Shown one piece after another: positions 46,285-55,551 of a stretch of 64,000 bases of DNA (position 1 is its first letter; each line of letters opens with the position of its first letter). Below the pieces are notes generated by a model, which was given only the letters and a program-made list of their open reading frames with translations, ran no database searches and was not told where the DNA came from. Location of the stretch: IMG/VR virus record IMGVR_UViG_3300022666_000111. One strand, given 5' to 3'. Source of the DNA: a virus. Taxonomy: Duplodnaviria; Caudoviricetes. Made by a program: the position numbers and the translations under genes.

Positions 46285-47697
46285 TCAAGGAAGGCTGACA
46301 GGTTGAGGTGTGACTTTGTCCACGCTTGTAGTATCCCCGAGCTGTCCCTTGTCGTTCAAGCCCCAGCAGTACAAGGTCTCATCCCGTATCCCGCAAGAGT
46401 GTCCACCTCCGGCGAAGACACTATCCCAGAGGTAGCCTCCAGCGACGGCCGTAGGGGTCGATTTGTTGGCGCAGGTATATGGGGGCGGGTCAGGGCAAGA
46501 TGAGCCGTCCCCAAGCTGCCCCCATTGGTTGTGGCCCCAGCAATAGGCTGTGTAGTCTGCCTTCAGACCGCAGGTGAAGACCTTTCCCGCGCTTATGCCC
46601 AACCAAACGTCGCCGACCTGAACGGGGGCTGTCTGTATGTCGAGGGTCCCATTACCAATCTGCCCGGCGCGGTTATCGCCCCAGCAGAAGAGGTGGCTAT
46701 CACTCCTCCGAGCACACGCGTGGATCCAGTACGCCGAAACCTTCTGCCACGTGCTTGTCCCAACCTTGGTGGGCACGAGCTTGGGCGCGGCGTCAGCAAG
46801 ACCAACACCCAGCTCGCCGTAGGTGTTATCGCCCCAACAGTACAGGGAGCCATCGAGCTTGAGGCCACAAGTGAAGTCCTTACCAACAGACACTGAGGCC
46901 CAATCAGATCCTACCAAGCGGGGCACGCTCGTCACGCCCTCGCAGGTATAGGGTGAAGCGGAGCATTGGGTGCCGTCTCCGACTTGGCCGAAGCTATTAG
47001 CTCCCCAGCAGAAGAGCTTCTTGTCGGCCCGGATGGCGCAGGTGTGGCGCCATCCTGCACTTACACTCAGCCAGGTGTCCGAGCCTATCTGCACAGGGGT
47101 CATCGCTGTGTTCGTCGTCCCGTCCCCAAGCTCTCCGTTGACGTTGTAACCCCAACAGAAGAGCTTCCCATTCGTTTTGATTCCGCAGGTATGGTAGCCC
47201 GCTGACACGGTGAGCCATTCCGAATCGTCGACCTTCACGGGGGCGTACTTCGTCTCCGTCGACCCTATCCCGAGCATTCCGTAGACGTTGTAGCCCCAGC
47301 AGGAGAGGGCCTTACCTTTGATGGCGCAATTGTGGTAGAACCCTACTGACAGGGTGATCCCTACGGGGGTGACGACGGCTGCGTCAGCATCGACATCGGC
47401 CGCGTCAGGTGTGTCCGCGTCAACGTCAGCCTCGGCTTCAATGGCGGCATCAGCGTCGGTGAGCGCGTCGGCCTCATAGGTGTCGAGGGTCACGTCAGGG
47501 GGATTTGCGTCCGGGAGCGTGGTGTCCGTCACAACGTCAGGTACTTCAGGCGCCGAAGCGTCCACCTCCTTCGCATCCAAGGCGGCGTCCGTTAGGTCTG
47601 CGGGGGCTCCCCCTGTGTAGCCGTCGAGGGGCTCGAACAAGCGACACGCAGGCAGCGCGAAGCAGAGCAACCCGATGAGAGCTGTGTTGCGCGGCAT
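46285..47697 (-). CDS. RCC1/BLIP-II beta-propeller lipoprotein
   Basis: Lipobox LPAC; Asp/Ala linker; about 7 repeats of HTC.I...LxCWG.N..G.LG.G. Confidence 0.9.
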   Translation of the reverse strand: MPRNTALIGLLCFALPACRLFEPLDGYTGGAPADLTDAALDAKEVDASAPEVPDVVTDTTLPDANPPDVTLDTYEADALTDADAAIEAEADVDADTPDAADVDADAAVVTPVGITLSVGFYHNCAIKGKALSCWGYNVYGMLGIGSTETKYAPVKVDDSEWLTVSAGYHTCGIKTNGKLFCWGYNVNGELGDGTTNTAMTPVQIGSDTWLSVSAGWRHTCAIRADKKLFCWGANSFGQVGDGTQCSASPYTCEGVTSVPRLVGSDWASVSVGKDFTCGLKLDGSLYCWGDNTYGELGVGLADAAPKLVPTKVGTSTWQKVSAYWIHACARRSDSHLFCWGDNRAGQIGNGTLDIQTAPVQVGDVWLGISAGKVFTCGLKADYTAYCWGHNQWGQLGDGSSCPDPPPYTCANKSTPTAVAGGYLWDSVFAGGGHSCGIRDETLYCWGLNDKGQLGDTTSVDKVTPQPVSLP

Positions 47698-47770
47698 CGT
47701 CTCTTACTACACTGGACGATGAAGTGAATTGTTGAGGGAAGGGAAGATTGAAGGGAGGAAGGTCAGGGGG

Positions 47771-50098
47771 TCAGATCTTGACCTCGACCTCACGGAGGGT
47801 AGCGGTGCAGGTGAGCTTCTGACCGTCGGCCGTGATGTCCAAGGTGTTCTCGTCAAGCGTCGCGAATTCGGTGAACCAAATCTGACCGACGATGATGGCG
47901 AACTTGATCTTGGCCATCTCCGAGATGAGCTTGCGCACCTCGGTGGTCGCGGCCTTGACCTCACCGTCGATCCAGGCTTCGAAGAGCTTGTCCTGGTTCG
48001 CGGCATTGACGTAGACGTCCGAGGCAAGGAAGCCTTCGACCTTCTCGATGATCGGCTTCATGAGGGCGGCGCCCGCGTTGAGCTTGCCCTTGGCTGCCTG
48101 CTTCTTGAACTCGTTCATGCTCGGGATCGCGGAGAGGCCCTTGATCGCGAGCTTCAGCTCCTTCGCCATGTACACGTCGGTCGCCTCGGCTTGGACCTGC
48201 TTGGGGGAGAAGCCGCTGTAGTCCGTGAAGCCCTGCTCCTTGAGCCATGCGGCGGCGTCGACGCCATAGAGGACCTCGTAGCCTTCGGAGGTGCGGGGGA
48301 ACCGCTCCTTCTTGACGGCGTTGAGGACCTTCTGGGCCGCGCGGGCCTTCGTCAAGGCGTATTCCTTCTCGAAGAGCGCCTTGGCGGAGCAAGCCTTGAC
48401 CATGTTCCGGTTGATGATCGGCATCTCGGTCAAGTCGAACACGAGGTCGACGGGCTTGCTGGGGTCGGTGTACCAGCTCTGGTCGAGCGTTTCGCCTTTG
48501 GGCGTGTGGGCGCAGGTGGGGCTCATACCAGCGTCGCGGAGCTTCTTGATCGTCGCCGGGGTGACGCGGACCGGGAGCGCCTTGACGTTCACGAGCCCAT
48601 CCTTGACGATCGCGTAGTTGCGGAAGATGAAGGTCGGGAAGCTGCGGGGCAGCTTGGGGAATTCACCGTCCTTGACTCGCCCGGAGATATCCACCGTGCC
48701 GGTCTTGCGGACCAACACGCTGATGTTGGGCTTTTCCTCGTTGTAGGTGAGGTTCGAAATGGCGTAGCCGGAACCGTCACCCTTGTCTTCGACGAACTTG
48801 AGTGCGTCTTGCTTGCTCGAGGTGATGGCGGCGATTTCCTGGGCCAGGGAGGCGATCTTCTTGACGTCCTTGGTCTTGCCCATCTCCTCGGTGAGCTTGT
48901 TGACCTTCTCCTGCTCCTCGGCGGAAAGGTTCTCGGAGGCGTCAACCCTCGCCCGGCTGATCCGGTTGTACTTGAACTCAGGGTGGTCCAAGAGCAAGCA
49001 GGCGTCGTCGTCGGCGAGGATCTCCAAGAGCTGGAGGACCGTGAAGGCGTCGTCCGGGGGAACCTGGCTGGGATCGAAGCCCAGGGTCAGGCGCCCTTTG
49101 GGGTCGAACGCGGCGGCCTTAGCGCGCTCCATGAAGGCGCTGTAGCGTTGCTTGCCGAAGCACCCGCCGAATTCCTTGATGAAGCTGACGTCGCCGGTTG
49201 CCTTGAGCAAGGGGAGGACAACCTCGGGCTTCATGCGGACGCTGAAGAGGCTGATCGCGGCGTAGAGGGCCGGGATGGGGTCAGCCATCTTGCCGCTCGT
49301 CTCGGTCGGGGTGAGGTACAGGACCTCCGACACGCTTTCGGGGACCAGGATCTTGCCGTCCTCGACCGTGAAGGTCAGGAGGTCGTCGCCAGCCATAGCG
49401 AAAGCGAACCCGCCGATGACGTCGCCCTTGATGTTGACTTCGACCTTCTTGACGCCAGCGATCTTGCGCTGCATGGCGGCCTCGAAGGCGGGCTGGTAGG
49501 TGTCGAAGTGCTCGGCGAAGATGTGGGCGCCACCGGCCTTCTCTGCCATCGCGGCCAAAAGGGGGCGGTCGGCGTAGTAGCCGTACTCAACGATCGTCGT
49601 TGCGGCAAGCCCACCGGCTGCCTTCTCGATCGCCTTGAGGATCTCGGCGCGGCTCCATTGGTTGTCACATCCATCGCTCATGAAGAAGAGGCTGAAGGCC
49701 GTTCCGGGGCGCTTCTTGCCAATGCGGTCGACCAGCTTGGCGGCCTCCTCGAGGGGCTCCTTGAATCCGGTCAAGCACACCGGCTTGAGCCAGCGATCGA
49801 TCGCCTGGTTGACGGCGGAAAGGTCCGCGAGGGTCGCCACCGGCTCGGCCTCAAGCAGGGTCCCGAATTGCCCGCGCCCGGAGAACCACACGATGCTGAT
49901 CGTGTCCTGGTCGCCGAGGAGCTTGGGGAGCTTCTTCTTGAGCTGTTCGCGAATCTTTGGCAACTCACCGTACATCGAGCCCGAGCAGTCAATCACGACG
50001 ATGTGGTTGGTCGGGGGCGGCTTGACGGTGGTAGCGGGCTTGGTGGAAAGCAGAACCGAGGCAAGAAACAGAGAGGCGGTGATGGGGTAGCTTGACAT
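47771..50098 (-). CDS. vWA domain protein
   Basis: MIDAS VIDCSGSM and FMSDG; AGGAG RBS; strong codon bias. Confidence 0.85.
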   Translation of the reverse strand: MSSYPITASLFLASVLLSTKPATTVKPPPTNHIVVIDCSGSMYGELPKIREQLKKKLPKLLGDQDTISIVWFSGRGQFGTLLEAEPVATLADLSAVNQAIDRWLKPVCLTGFKEPLEEAAKLVDRIGKKRPGTAFSLFFMSDGCDNQWSRAEILKAIEKAAGGLAATTIVEYGYYADRPLLAAMAEKAGGAHIFAEHFDTYQPAFEAAMQRKIAGVKKVEVNIKGDVIGGFAFAMAGDDLLTFTVEDGKILVPESVSEVLYLTPTETSGKMADPIPALYAAISLFSVRMKPEVVLPLLKATGDVSFIKEFGGCFGKQRYSAFMERAKAAAFDPKGRLTLGFDPSQVPPDDAFTVLQLLEILADDDACLLLDHPEFKYNRISRARVDASENLSAEEQEKVNKLTEEMGKTKDVKKIASLAQEIAAITSSKQDALKFVEDKGDGSGYAISNLTYNEEKPNISVLVRKTGTVDISGRVKDGEFPKLPRSFPTFIFRNYAIVKDGLVNVKALPVRVTPATIKKLRDAGMSPTCAHTPKGETLDQSWYTDPSKPVDLVFDLTEMPIINRNMVKACSAKALFEKEYALTKARAAQKVLNAVKKERFPRTSEGYEVLYGVDAAAWLKEQGFTDYSGFSPKQVQAEATDVYMAKELKLAIKGLSAIPSMNEFKKQAAKGKLNAGAALMKPIIEKVEGFLASDVYVNAANQDKLFEAWIDGEVKAATTEVRKLISEMAKIKFAIIVGQIWFTEFATLDENTLDITADGQKLTCTATLREVEVKI

Positions 50099-50204
50099 GG
50101 TGTTCTCCTGACGGCAAAGGCGCAACAAGGTTGGTTTTGGGTGGTGGGATGCGCCACACGCCGTTCCCTCCTACTACACCGGACGGTGGCGCCGATCAAT
50201 GAAA

Positions 50205-50432
50205 TCAGGCAGGGGCGATGCTGTTTGCCCGATCACGGAGATCCTCGGACAATTCAGCGACATCGGTGATCTCGGCGTTCAGCATACAGGACTCATCCCA
50301 TCCTCGGCTCGAGTACTTCCGGCCTTGGGCATCGTAGTCCTTGTTGGCATCGTCGAACCCATATCGATAGCGGCTGACCTTGCCACATGCCTGGCAGACG
50401 AAAACCTTTCCATCGGGAGCTTTGTCGTTCAT
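50205..50432 (-). CDS. small Cys protein
   Basis: FVCQACGK; GWDESC. Confidence 0.6.
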   Translation of the reverse strand: MNDKAPDGKVFVCQACGKVSRYRYGFDDANKDYDAQGRKYSSRGWDESCMLNAEITDVAELSEDLRDRANSIAPA

Positions 50433-50440
50433 GCTTGCCT

Positions 50441-50459
50441 CTACACCAGGCTGGTGTAG
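50441..50459. promoter_or_regulatory. bidirectional promoter CTACACC-N5-GGTGTAG
   Basis: 8 nt to the divergent ATGs at 50432 and 50468. Confidence 0.7.
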
Positions 50460-50467
50460 TTCGGGGC

Positions 50468-51292
50468 ATGGACGTACGTGACATGACCGGGCGTGAGATC
50501 GATGAGGCGAAGAGCTGGGGCTTATCCCCGGACAAGTATCTATCTTTGAGGGACAAGCTCAACCGGGAGTTCCAAGACAAGGACAAGGCCAAGCTGCGGG
50601 AGGACATCACACGGGAGGTCTTCGACAAGGCCAAGAACGACGCCCGCAAAGAGCTTGAGAATGATCGGGCGAAGCTCACACCTACGGCGCTCCACCGGAG
50701 CGTCTCCACGGAGTACTTGGCGTGCTACGAGATCGAGTGTCACACCTTAGCCGAAACGGCGTCCGCTTTGGCGGAGCAGAGCCAAGAGAAGTTTGACTGG
50801 AATAGGCGTCGCCTGAGTGTCATCTGGGTTCTATCCGTGGCTCTCGTGCCCGCCATCGCGATCCTCTATTGGAGGGGCCTCACGTATAACCACCTAGCGT
50901 TCTGGGGGGTGATCGTCCCTATGGTTGTGACGCACATCTGGAATTGGGTGAGCTACGTCTATGGGGGTGAGGAGCATGACGAACGCAGGAAGCGCCTCTT
51001 GAAGATCGCGTCGGACTACCTGATCCTTGCGGATAGCGCCAAGGGCGCACGAATCGTCGACATCCCCGTAGCAGATACGATCCAGACGATTCAGAACAAG
51101 GTCGAGCACCTTGCGGACATGAAAAGGCGACAGGACGATAACTTCACGCCCTTCACAAGCGCCATCCTCAAGGGGAGGGAGCGGGCCAAGGTGAGCACCC
51201 TAGCCACCATTGATGCCCAGGATGTCATCCGGACCCTCAAAGAGCTGCAAGAGCCCGCCGCCCTGCCAGAACACGTTGATCCCAAGCCTTGA
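50468..51292 (+). CDS. two-TM membrane protein
   Basis: Two central TM helices; GGTGTAG 8 nt upstream. Confidence 0.6.
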   Translation: MDVRDMTGREIDEAKSWGLSPDKYLSLRDKLNREFQDKDKAKLREDITREVFDKAKNDARKELENDRAKLTPTALHRSVSTEYLACYEIECHTLAETASALAEQSQEKFDWNRRRLSVIWVLSVALVPAIAILYWRGLTYNHLAFWGVIVPMVVTHIWNWVSYVYGGEEHDERRKRLLKIASDYLILADSAKGARIVDIPVADTIQTIQNKVEHLADMKRRQDDNFTPFTSAILKGRERAKVSTLATIDAQDVIRTLKELQEPAALPEHVDPKP

Positions 51293-51311
51293 CCGGCATA
51301 CAGAGGGCATG
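51274..51311 (+). repeat. 38-bp promoter/start cassette, copy 2
   Basis: CGTTGATCCCAAGCCTTGACCGGCATACAGAGGGCATG. Confidence 0.85.
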
Positions 51312-51809
51312 ACTAGCCAAGAAGCCCTCCAAACCATCATCGAAAAGCTAACTGAAGCCGGGCTGACCGTTACGCGCAGCCCCTCCGGCCTCAATACCAT
51401 TAACGGAGTCATTCCGATCAGGGTTGAGCAGGAGTCACGCGGCGGCCTCTACTCCACGAGGGGGAACGGTAAGATCCGGGCCAAGCTGGGGAACTACGGT
51501 AGGGAGCTGATCCAGTACCCCCAAACCAAGGATGGCGGCTTCAATTGGACGAAGATGATCCAAGATGCCAAGGACCTCTTCGCCAGGGAAGAGGCTGCTC
51601 GGATTCAGGCTGAAAAGAACCAACAGAGACGCGATCGGCTGGGCCTTGAGGTTGACCAGCTCAACAGCAAGTACGGCGTCAAGGACGCCTTCTGCCGCCC
51701 CGCCCGCGTTGCCATTGACAACAACGGGCTCAGCTTCACGGCAAGGGGGCTCACGAAGGCCCAAGCCGACGTCCTCATGGCGAAGGCGATGGAGATGGGG
51801 CTCCTGTGA
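51309..51809 (+). CDS. hypothetical protein
   Basis: Promoter at 51276-51300. Confidence 0.65.
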   Translation: MTSQEALQTIIEKLTEAGLTVTRSPSGLNTINGVIPIRVEQESRGGLYSTRGNGKIRAKLGNYGRELIQYPQTKDGGFNWTKMIQDAKDLFAREEAARIQAEKNQQRRDRLGLEVDQLNSKYGVKDAFCRPARVAIDNNGLSFTARGLTKAQADVLMAKAMEMGLL

Positions 51810-52071
51810 GATCGTCCACGACGGTCACACGGTAATCCATGACGGACGTCCCGCAGAGGATGTAGCACAAGAAGTACGCGGCTGTATGCCCATGTAGGAC
51901 ACTCACAAAGCCTTGTGGGTACTTCTGCGGCTCAAGGACGACACGGAGAGGTCCTCCTGCTCCGACGATGGCTGGGATCTTTCCTCGGAGGACCTTGAGG
52001 ACGGTGTCTGCAACGTCCGTGTACGACGTGACCTCGGTGACCTTCTCGTCACAATGGTAGATGTGGATCAT
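51775..52071 (-). CDS. hypothetical protein
   Basis: Stop/start-coupled ORF. Confidence 0.45.
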   Translation of the reverse strand: MIHIYHCDEKVTEVTSYTDVADTVLKVLRGKIPAIVGAGGPLRVVLEPQKYPQGFVSVLHGHTAAYFLCYILCGTSVMDYRVTVVDDLTGAPSPSPSP

Positions 52072-52439
52072 GGATGCGCCTTAAGGGGCTTGAGGTCAAG
52101 GGCGACGGTTCGAGCGACCTTTTCGGGGACCTCATCGGTGTCGTTGCTGATTCGAAGCTCGGGGGTGTGGCTTGGGTAGTAATAGCCCGGGGGGATAGCG
52201 CGGGAGACGTAGACGTGCGGTCCGAGGCGATCCATGAAGCGGATTGTGCCCATGAAACCCGCTTGGAGGAAGTCCACGAGGGTATTGGGCTCGTAGTCGT
52301 CCTTCGTCGCGTTCTTGATGAAGAGCTGGTAGTCCTTGGGGGAGATCGTGACGGGGAGCGCCTCGAGGTAGAAGAGAGTGTCAACGATCTCCTTCCAAGT
52401 GGCGGGCATGGTCCCCGTCTCCGGAGTGTCGTGCTGCAT
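52068..52439 (-). CDS. possible capsid A-domain-like fragment protein
   Basis: ISPKDY...LQAGFMGTI...VYVSRAIPPGYYY. Confidence 0.45.
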   Translation of the reverse strand: MQHDTPETGTMPATWKEIVDTLFYLEALPVTISPKDYQLFIKNATKDDYEPNTLVDFLQAGFMGTIRFMDRLGPHVYVSRAIPPGYYYPSHTPELRISNDTDEVPEKVARTVALDLKPLKAHP

Positions 52440-52751
52440 GAGGGCGTCCCATAGCTCTATCTCTTCATCGGTAGCTATGCGGGTCTCGCTCTTCCAGCCT
52501 TCGTGTGGTGTGAGGCAGCCTCTGTCGATGTGAAACGTGAATCCATAGCGGGCGGCGGCGCGGGATCACCAGATTATCGTAGCCTCGCACACGCCCTTCG
52601 CTCTTGGTCTGGTGGAGGCCGTCTACCACGAATTCACGCCAGGATACCTCGCCCAATCCGAGGCTATCTTCGATCCGATCCAACTCGCAGCCTATCGAGT
52701 CGACCGTCCTTTCCTCAAGAAGGGCAAACGGCCAGCTAAGAAAGAAGACAA

Positions 52752-53204
52752 GTGATGCCAACACGAGAAGAAGCCGTAACGAACCTCCGGGAAGCCCTCC
52801 CGCACATTCTCATCGCCTTCAACATGGCGAAGCTGACGCACCCACGGACGGAGCTGGGGGTTCTCGGAACGAACGAGGACGGTTCAGGGAGTGTCGTGGC
52901 CCGTTTCGACGGGGACGAGTTCCTCCGTGACCTTGAGGCGGCCCTTGGCCCTGGGGCGCTTGCAACGGACGACGTGAAGCTCGGGCCTTGGGAGCCGCAC
53001 ACCCAATATCCCAACAACCTCGTCCGCAACGACTCCTCGGGGGAGAACATCGCGGCGTTATGGCCCGAGGGGGAGGGCACGTCCATGACATGGTGTTGGC
53101 GCATCGAGGGGCGCCAGAGCCAGACGAAGGACTGCAACCCGGACAAAGATCAAGCCATGGCTCAAGCCGACGCGGTTCTCAAGGAGATGGGGTACACGCT
53201 ATGA
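52752..53204 (+). CDS. hypothetical protein
   Basis: First gene of a plus-strand run. Confidence 0.55.
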   Translation: MMPTREEAVTNLREALPHILIAFNMAKLTHPRTELGVLGTNEDGSGSVVARFDGDEFLRDLEAALGPGALATDDVKLGPWEPHTQYPNNLVRNDSSGENIAALWPEGEGTSMTWCWRIEGRQSQTKDCNPDKDQAMAQADAVLKEMGYTL

Positions 53205-53641
53205 ACCTGGGACTTAGCCTCATGCTCGCGCACGCCGTAGGTCAGATCAAGTGGCCGGACGGCATCGACAAGGACAACAAGGTCGTCCTGAACGCCCTGG
53301 CCATCTACGTTTGGCGTGCTGCCGGGGGCATCTGTATGAGCGACCTTTCGATTGACCGCATCGAGGTCAAGCCGGACGGGCTCTATGCTTATCCCTCAAC
53401 GGAGCACGTGGCCGAGGGGGCAGCATTGCCTACCTACGTCTTCGCGGCGTTCCCTCCGAACTTCTACCGGGCTTTGGAATGCCAAAGCGAGGGGCGGTGC
53501 CCACGTTGTGAGCAGCATTCGATCACGACAACGGCGGTTTGCGGGAATTGCTCCTTCACCATGCTCGAAGTTCCACCGGACGGGGCGCTCTACGTCAAGC
53601 CGGAAACGCACGACCCTGACGACCTTGGGGCGGCGCTGTGA
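53201..53641 (+). CDS. hypothetical protein with Zn-ribbon
   Basis: CPRC...CGNC. Confidence 0.55.
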   Translation: MNLGLSLMLAHAVGQIKWPDGIDKDNKVVLNALAIYVWRAAGGICMSDLSIDRIEVKPDGLYAYPSTEHVAEGAALPTYVFAAFPPNFYRALECQSEGRCPRCEQHSITTTAVCGNCSFTMLEVPPDGALYVKPETHDPDDLGAAL

Positions 53642-54123
53642 ACCACGCGAAGGTCTCCTTCAAGGCGGACATCGCCCCCAAGGTGGTGGAAGCCTTGCTC
53701 ATCGAGCTGGTCAAAGCCAAGTGGCCCGATGGGGTGGTCGTGCTAACTTGTGAGGCTCCGACGCGGTGGCACATCACGTCACCGCTCTCAGAAGTCTTCG
53801 GAATGGCCGTTTGGGTACGGTCGCCCCGGTGCCTCGAAATGCGGAAGGGCGGCGGAGACCTCAACTCGTGGCTCCAAGGCTACATCCAAGAGAACCTCGC
53901 TTTGCGGCTCAAAGGCCGGTGCTCCGACGAAGGGGCGATCGGCACGTGGGCGCCCGACCCGGATCCCTTCAAGACCTACAAGACGTACTTCTATCACTCC
54001 TTGGGAGGATGGTCGGACCATCCTGCGCCTAGCGCCGACGCTTTGTGGGCCAAGATGGGAGCGCAGGGCCTGCTCCCATGGGCGCGGACGATCGTCTACG
54101 ACGAGAAGGGGGAGCTGCGATGA
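53638..54123 (+). CDS. hypothetical protein
   Basis: Resembles 38206-38736 (NH..V; VW...LE.R; WxQ; DEG). Confidence 0.55.
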   Translation: MNHAKVSFKADIAPKVVEALLIELVKAKWPDGVVVLTCEAPTRWHITSPLSEVFGMAVWVRSPRCLEMRKGGGDLNSWLQGYIQENLALRLKGRCSDEGAIGTWAPDPDPFKTYKTYFYHSLGGWSDHPAPSADALWAKMGAQGLLPWARTIVYDEKGELR

Positions 54124-54314
54124 AGCGACTCTTGATCCTGGCCTTACTCCTCACGGCATGTGGCCCAGACGATCCCCCGCAGGTTTGCGAAAGGGGCACG
54201 TGGCAGCGTTGCTCCTGCACGTTGGGCTACGATGGCTACCAGTATTGCTTCGGGGCGTATTGGGGGCCTTGTGACTGCTGGAAGCCTGAAGACGCCGGAG
54301 CAGATTCTCGTTGA
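54120..54314 (+). CDS. small Cys-rich lipoprotein
   Basis: MKRLLILALLLTAC; C..G...CSC..G..G.QYC....WGPCDC. Confidence 0.7.
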   Translation: MKRLLILALLLTACGPDDPPQVCERGTWQRCSCTLGYDGYQYCFGAYWGPCDCWKPEDAGADSR

Positions 54315-54343
54315 TCCCCTAGCTCCATCGGCATAGTCACCGC

Positions 54344-54898
54344 ATGGAACGATCCGCCAAAGTCCTCTCCGAATTCCTGCACCAGTACATGCTTAAGAAT
54401 GGCGTGACGGGCTGCCCTGAACACCCCAACATGATGCTCGGCGCGCGGTTGGTCTTCATCTTTCGGAAGTACGGGACGGGCGACGTTGACGACTTGTGTC
54501 AGGCATTCGCGCTCAAGCTCATGTCCAAGGACTACTTGAGGGGAATGCCTTACTCGGGTGCTCGGGGGTATATCAACAACGCAGCATTGCACCACGCTAC
54601 AATGAGCGTCCGAGCGCGACAGAGGGCCTTGCGGGGGCAAATGAAGGCGCTTCCAGAGAAGGCACCTGCTGTGTTGGATGATGAGCTGACACCCTCCGAA
54701 ATCGCAGCCTTTGTTGACAGCCTCGAGGACATACATCCGAAGGCACCTGAGTACCTTGAGCTTGTCATTGCGGACGAAGCCTCCGACAGAGGGCTGATCC
54801 TGGGAGGGTTCTTCACGGACACCCCGGTCTCAATCAACTACTGGACACGCTACAAAATGGCAATCAGAGCGGAATTCCGCAAGTATGAAGGGATGTAG
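54344..54898 (+). CDS. sigma-factor-like protein
   Basis: DVDDLCQAFALKL...GYINNAA resembles region 2; promoter at 54311-54335. Confidence 0.4.
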   Translation: MERSAKVLSEFLHQYMLKNGVTGCPEHPNMMLGARLVFIFRKYGTGDVDDLCQAFALKLMSKDYLRGMPYSGARGYINNAALHHATMSVRARQRALRGQMKALPEKAPAVLDDELTPSEIAAFVDSLEDIHPKAPEYLELVIADEASDRGLILGGFFTDTPVSINYWTRYKMAIRAEFRKYEGM

Positions 54899-54901
54899 AT
54901 C

Positions 54902-55522
54902 ATGGCAACCTCACAAGCACGCCAAACCGAGCAATTTCAAAACAGCCTCCAAATCTACCGTAACATGTTCCGGCAGTCATCGGAGACCTACCTCCAGGCA
55001 GCGCGGGGGTTACGTGACTATGAGCTGAACCATCGGCATCTTTGGGGGCAATTCTACGACTCTTTTGACGAAATGCTCAGGAGAGAGCGTCTCGGCATCA
55101 CTCCCAGAACATACCGTGAGCATGTTCGATTGTTTGACGGGGAATTCGCAGGGATCCATCCAGAGATCTTCGCTGTCTGCGGGGTCCATGGCGCCAACCA
55201 AGCATCGAGCTTGAGTTCTTCCGAGCAGCCTGAGCTTCTGTCGCGGGCACGTGCCTATCATGCTGAATTCCACCACCCTCCCACCTACCAATGGATGGTC
55301 CGGCAAATTAGGGAGATCCGTGGCATCCCTCGTGAAGATGAGGTCACCTACCTCATCCGCATGATTCACGTATGCATTCAACGCCTCGATCGGGGTGGGG
55401 TAGCTCGCCGGACGGTAGCGCAGACGGTCCTCCCGCATTTGCGAGCCACTGTCACGGCCCTCACGGATCTTCTGGAGGCACGCCGTCTGAATTCGACGCT
55501 CCCAGAGCGAAAAGGTTGTTGA
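54902..55522 (+). CDS. hypothetical protein
   Basis: LW...YDSFDEML.RE.LG pattern. Confidence 0.55.
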   Translation: MATSQARQTEQFQNSLQIYRNMFRQSSETYLQAARGLRDYELNHRHLWGQFYDSFDEMLRRERLGITPRTYREHVRLFDGEFAGIHPEIFAVCGVHGANQASSLSSSEQPELLSRARAYHAEFHHPPTYQWMVRQIREIRGIPREDEVTYLIRMIHVCIQRLDRGGVARRTVAQTVLPHLRATVTALTDLLEARRLNSTLPERKGC

Positions 55523-55551
55523 TCCCTTTGAGGATGCGGCATATTGCCAGC

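Noticed and set aside
47729-50095. 788-aa ORF antisense to the vWA gene
   Set aside because: Shadow ORF caused by strong codon bias on the coding strand; no motifs or promoter.
18549-50459. CTACACC/GGTGTAG repeats as CRISPR repeats or transposon ends
   Set aside because: Only 7 bp, irregularly spaced and at a fixed distance from start codons; no cas or transposase genes.
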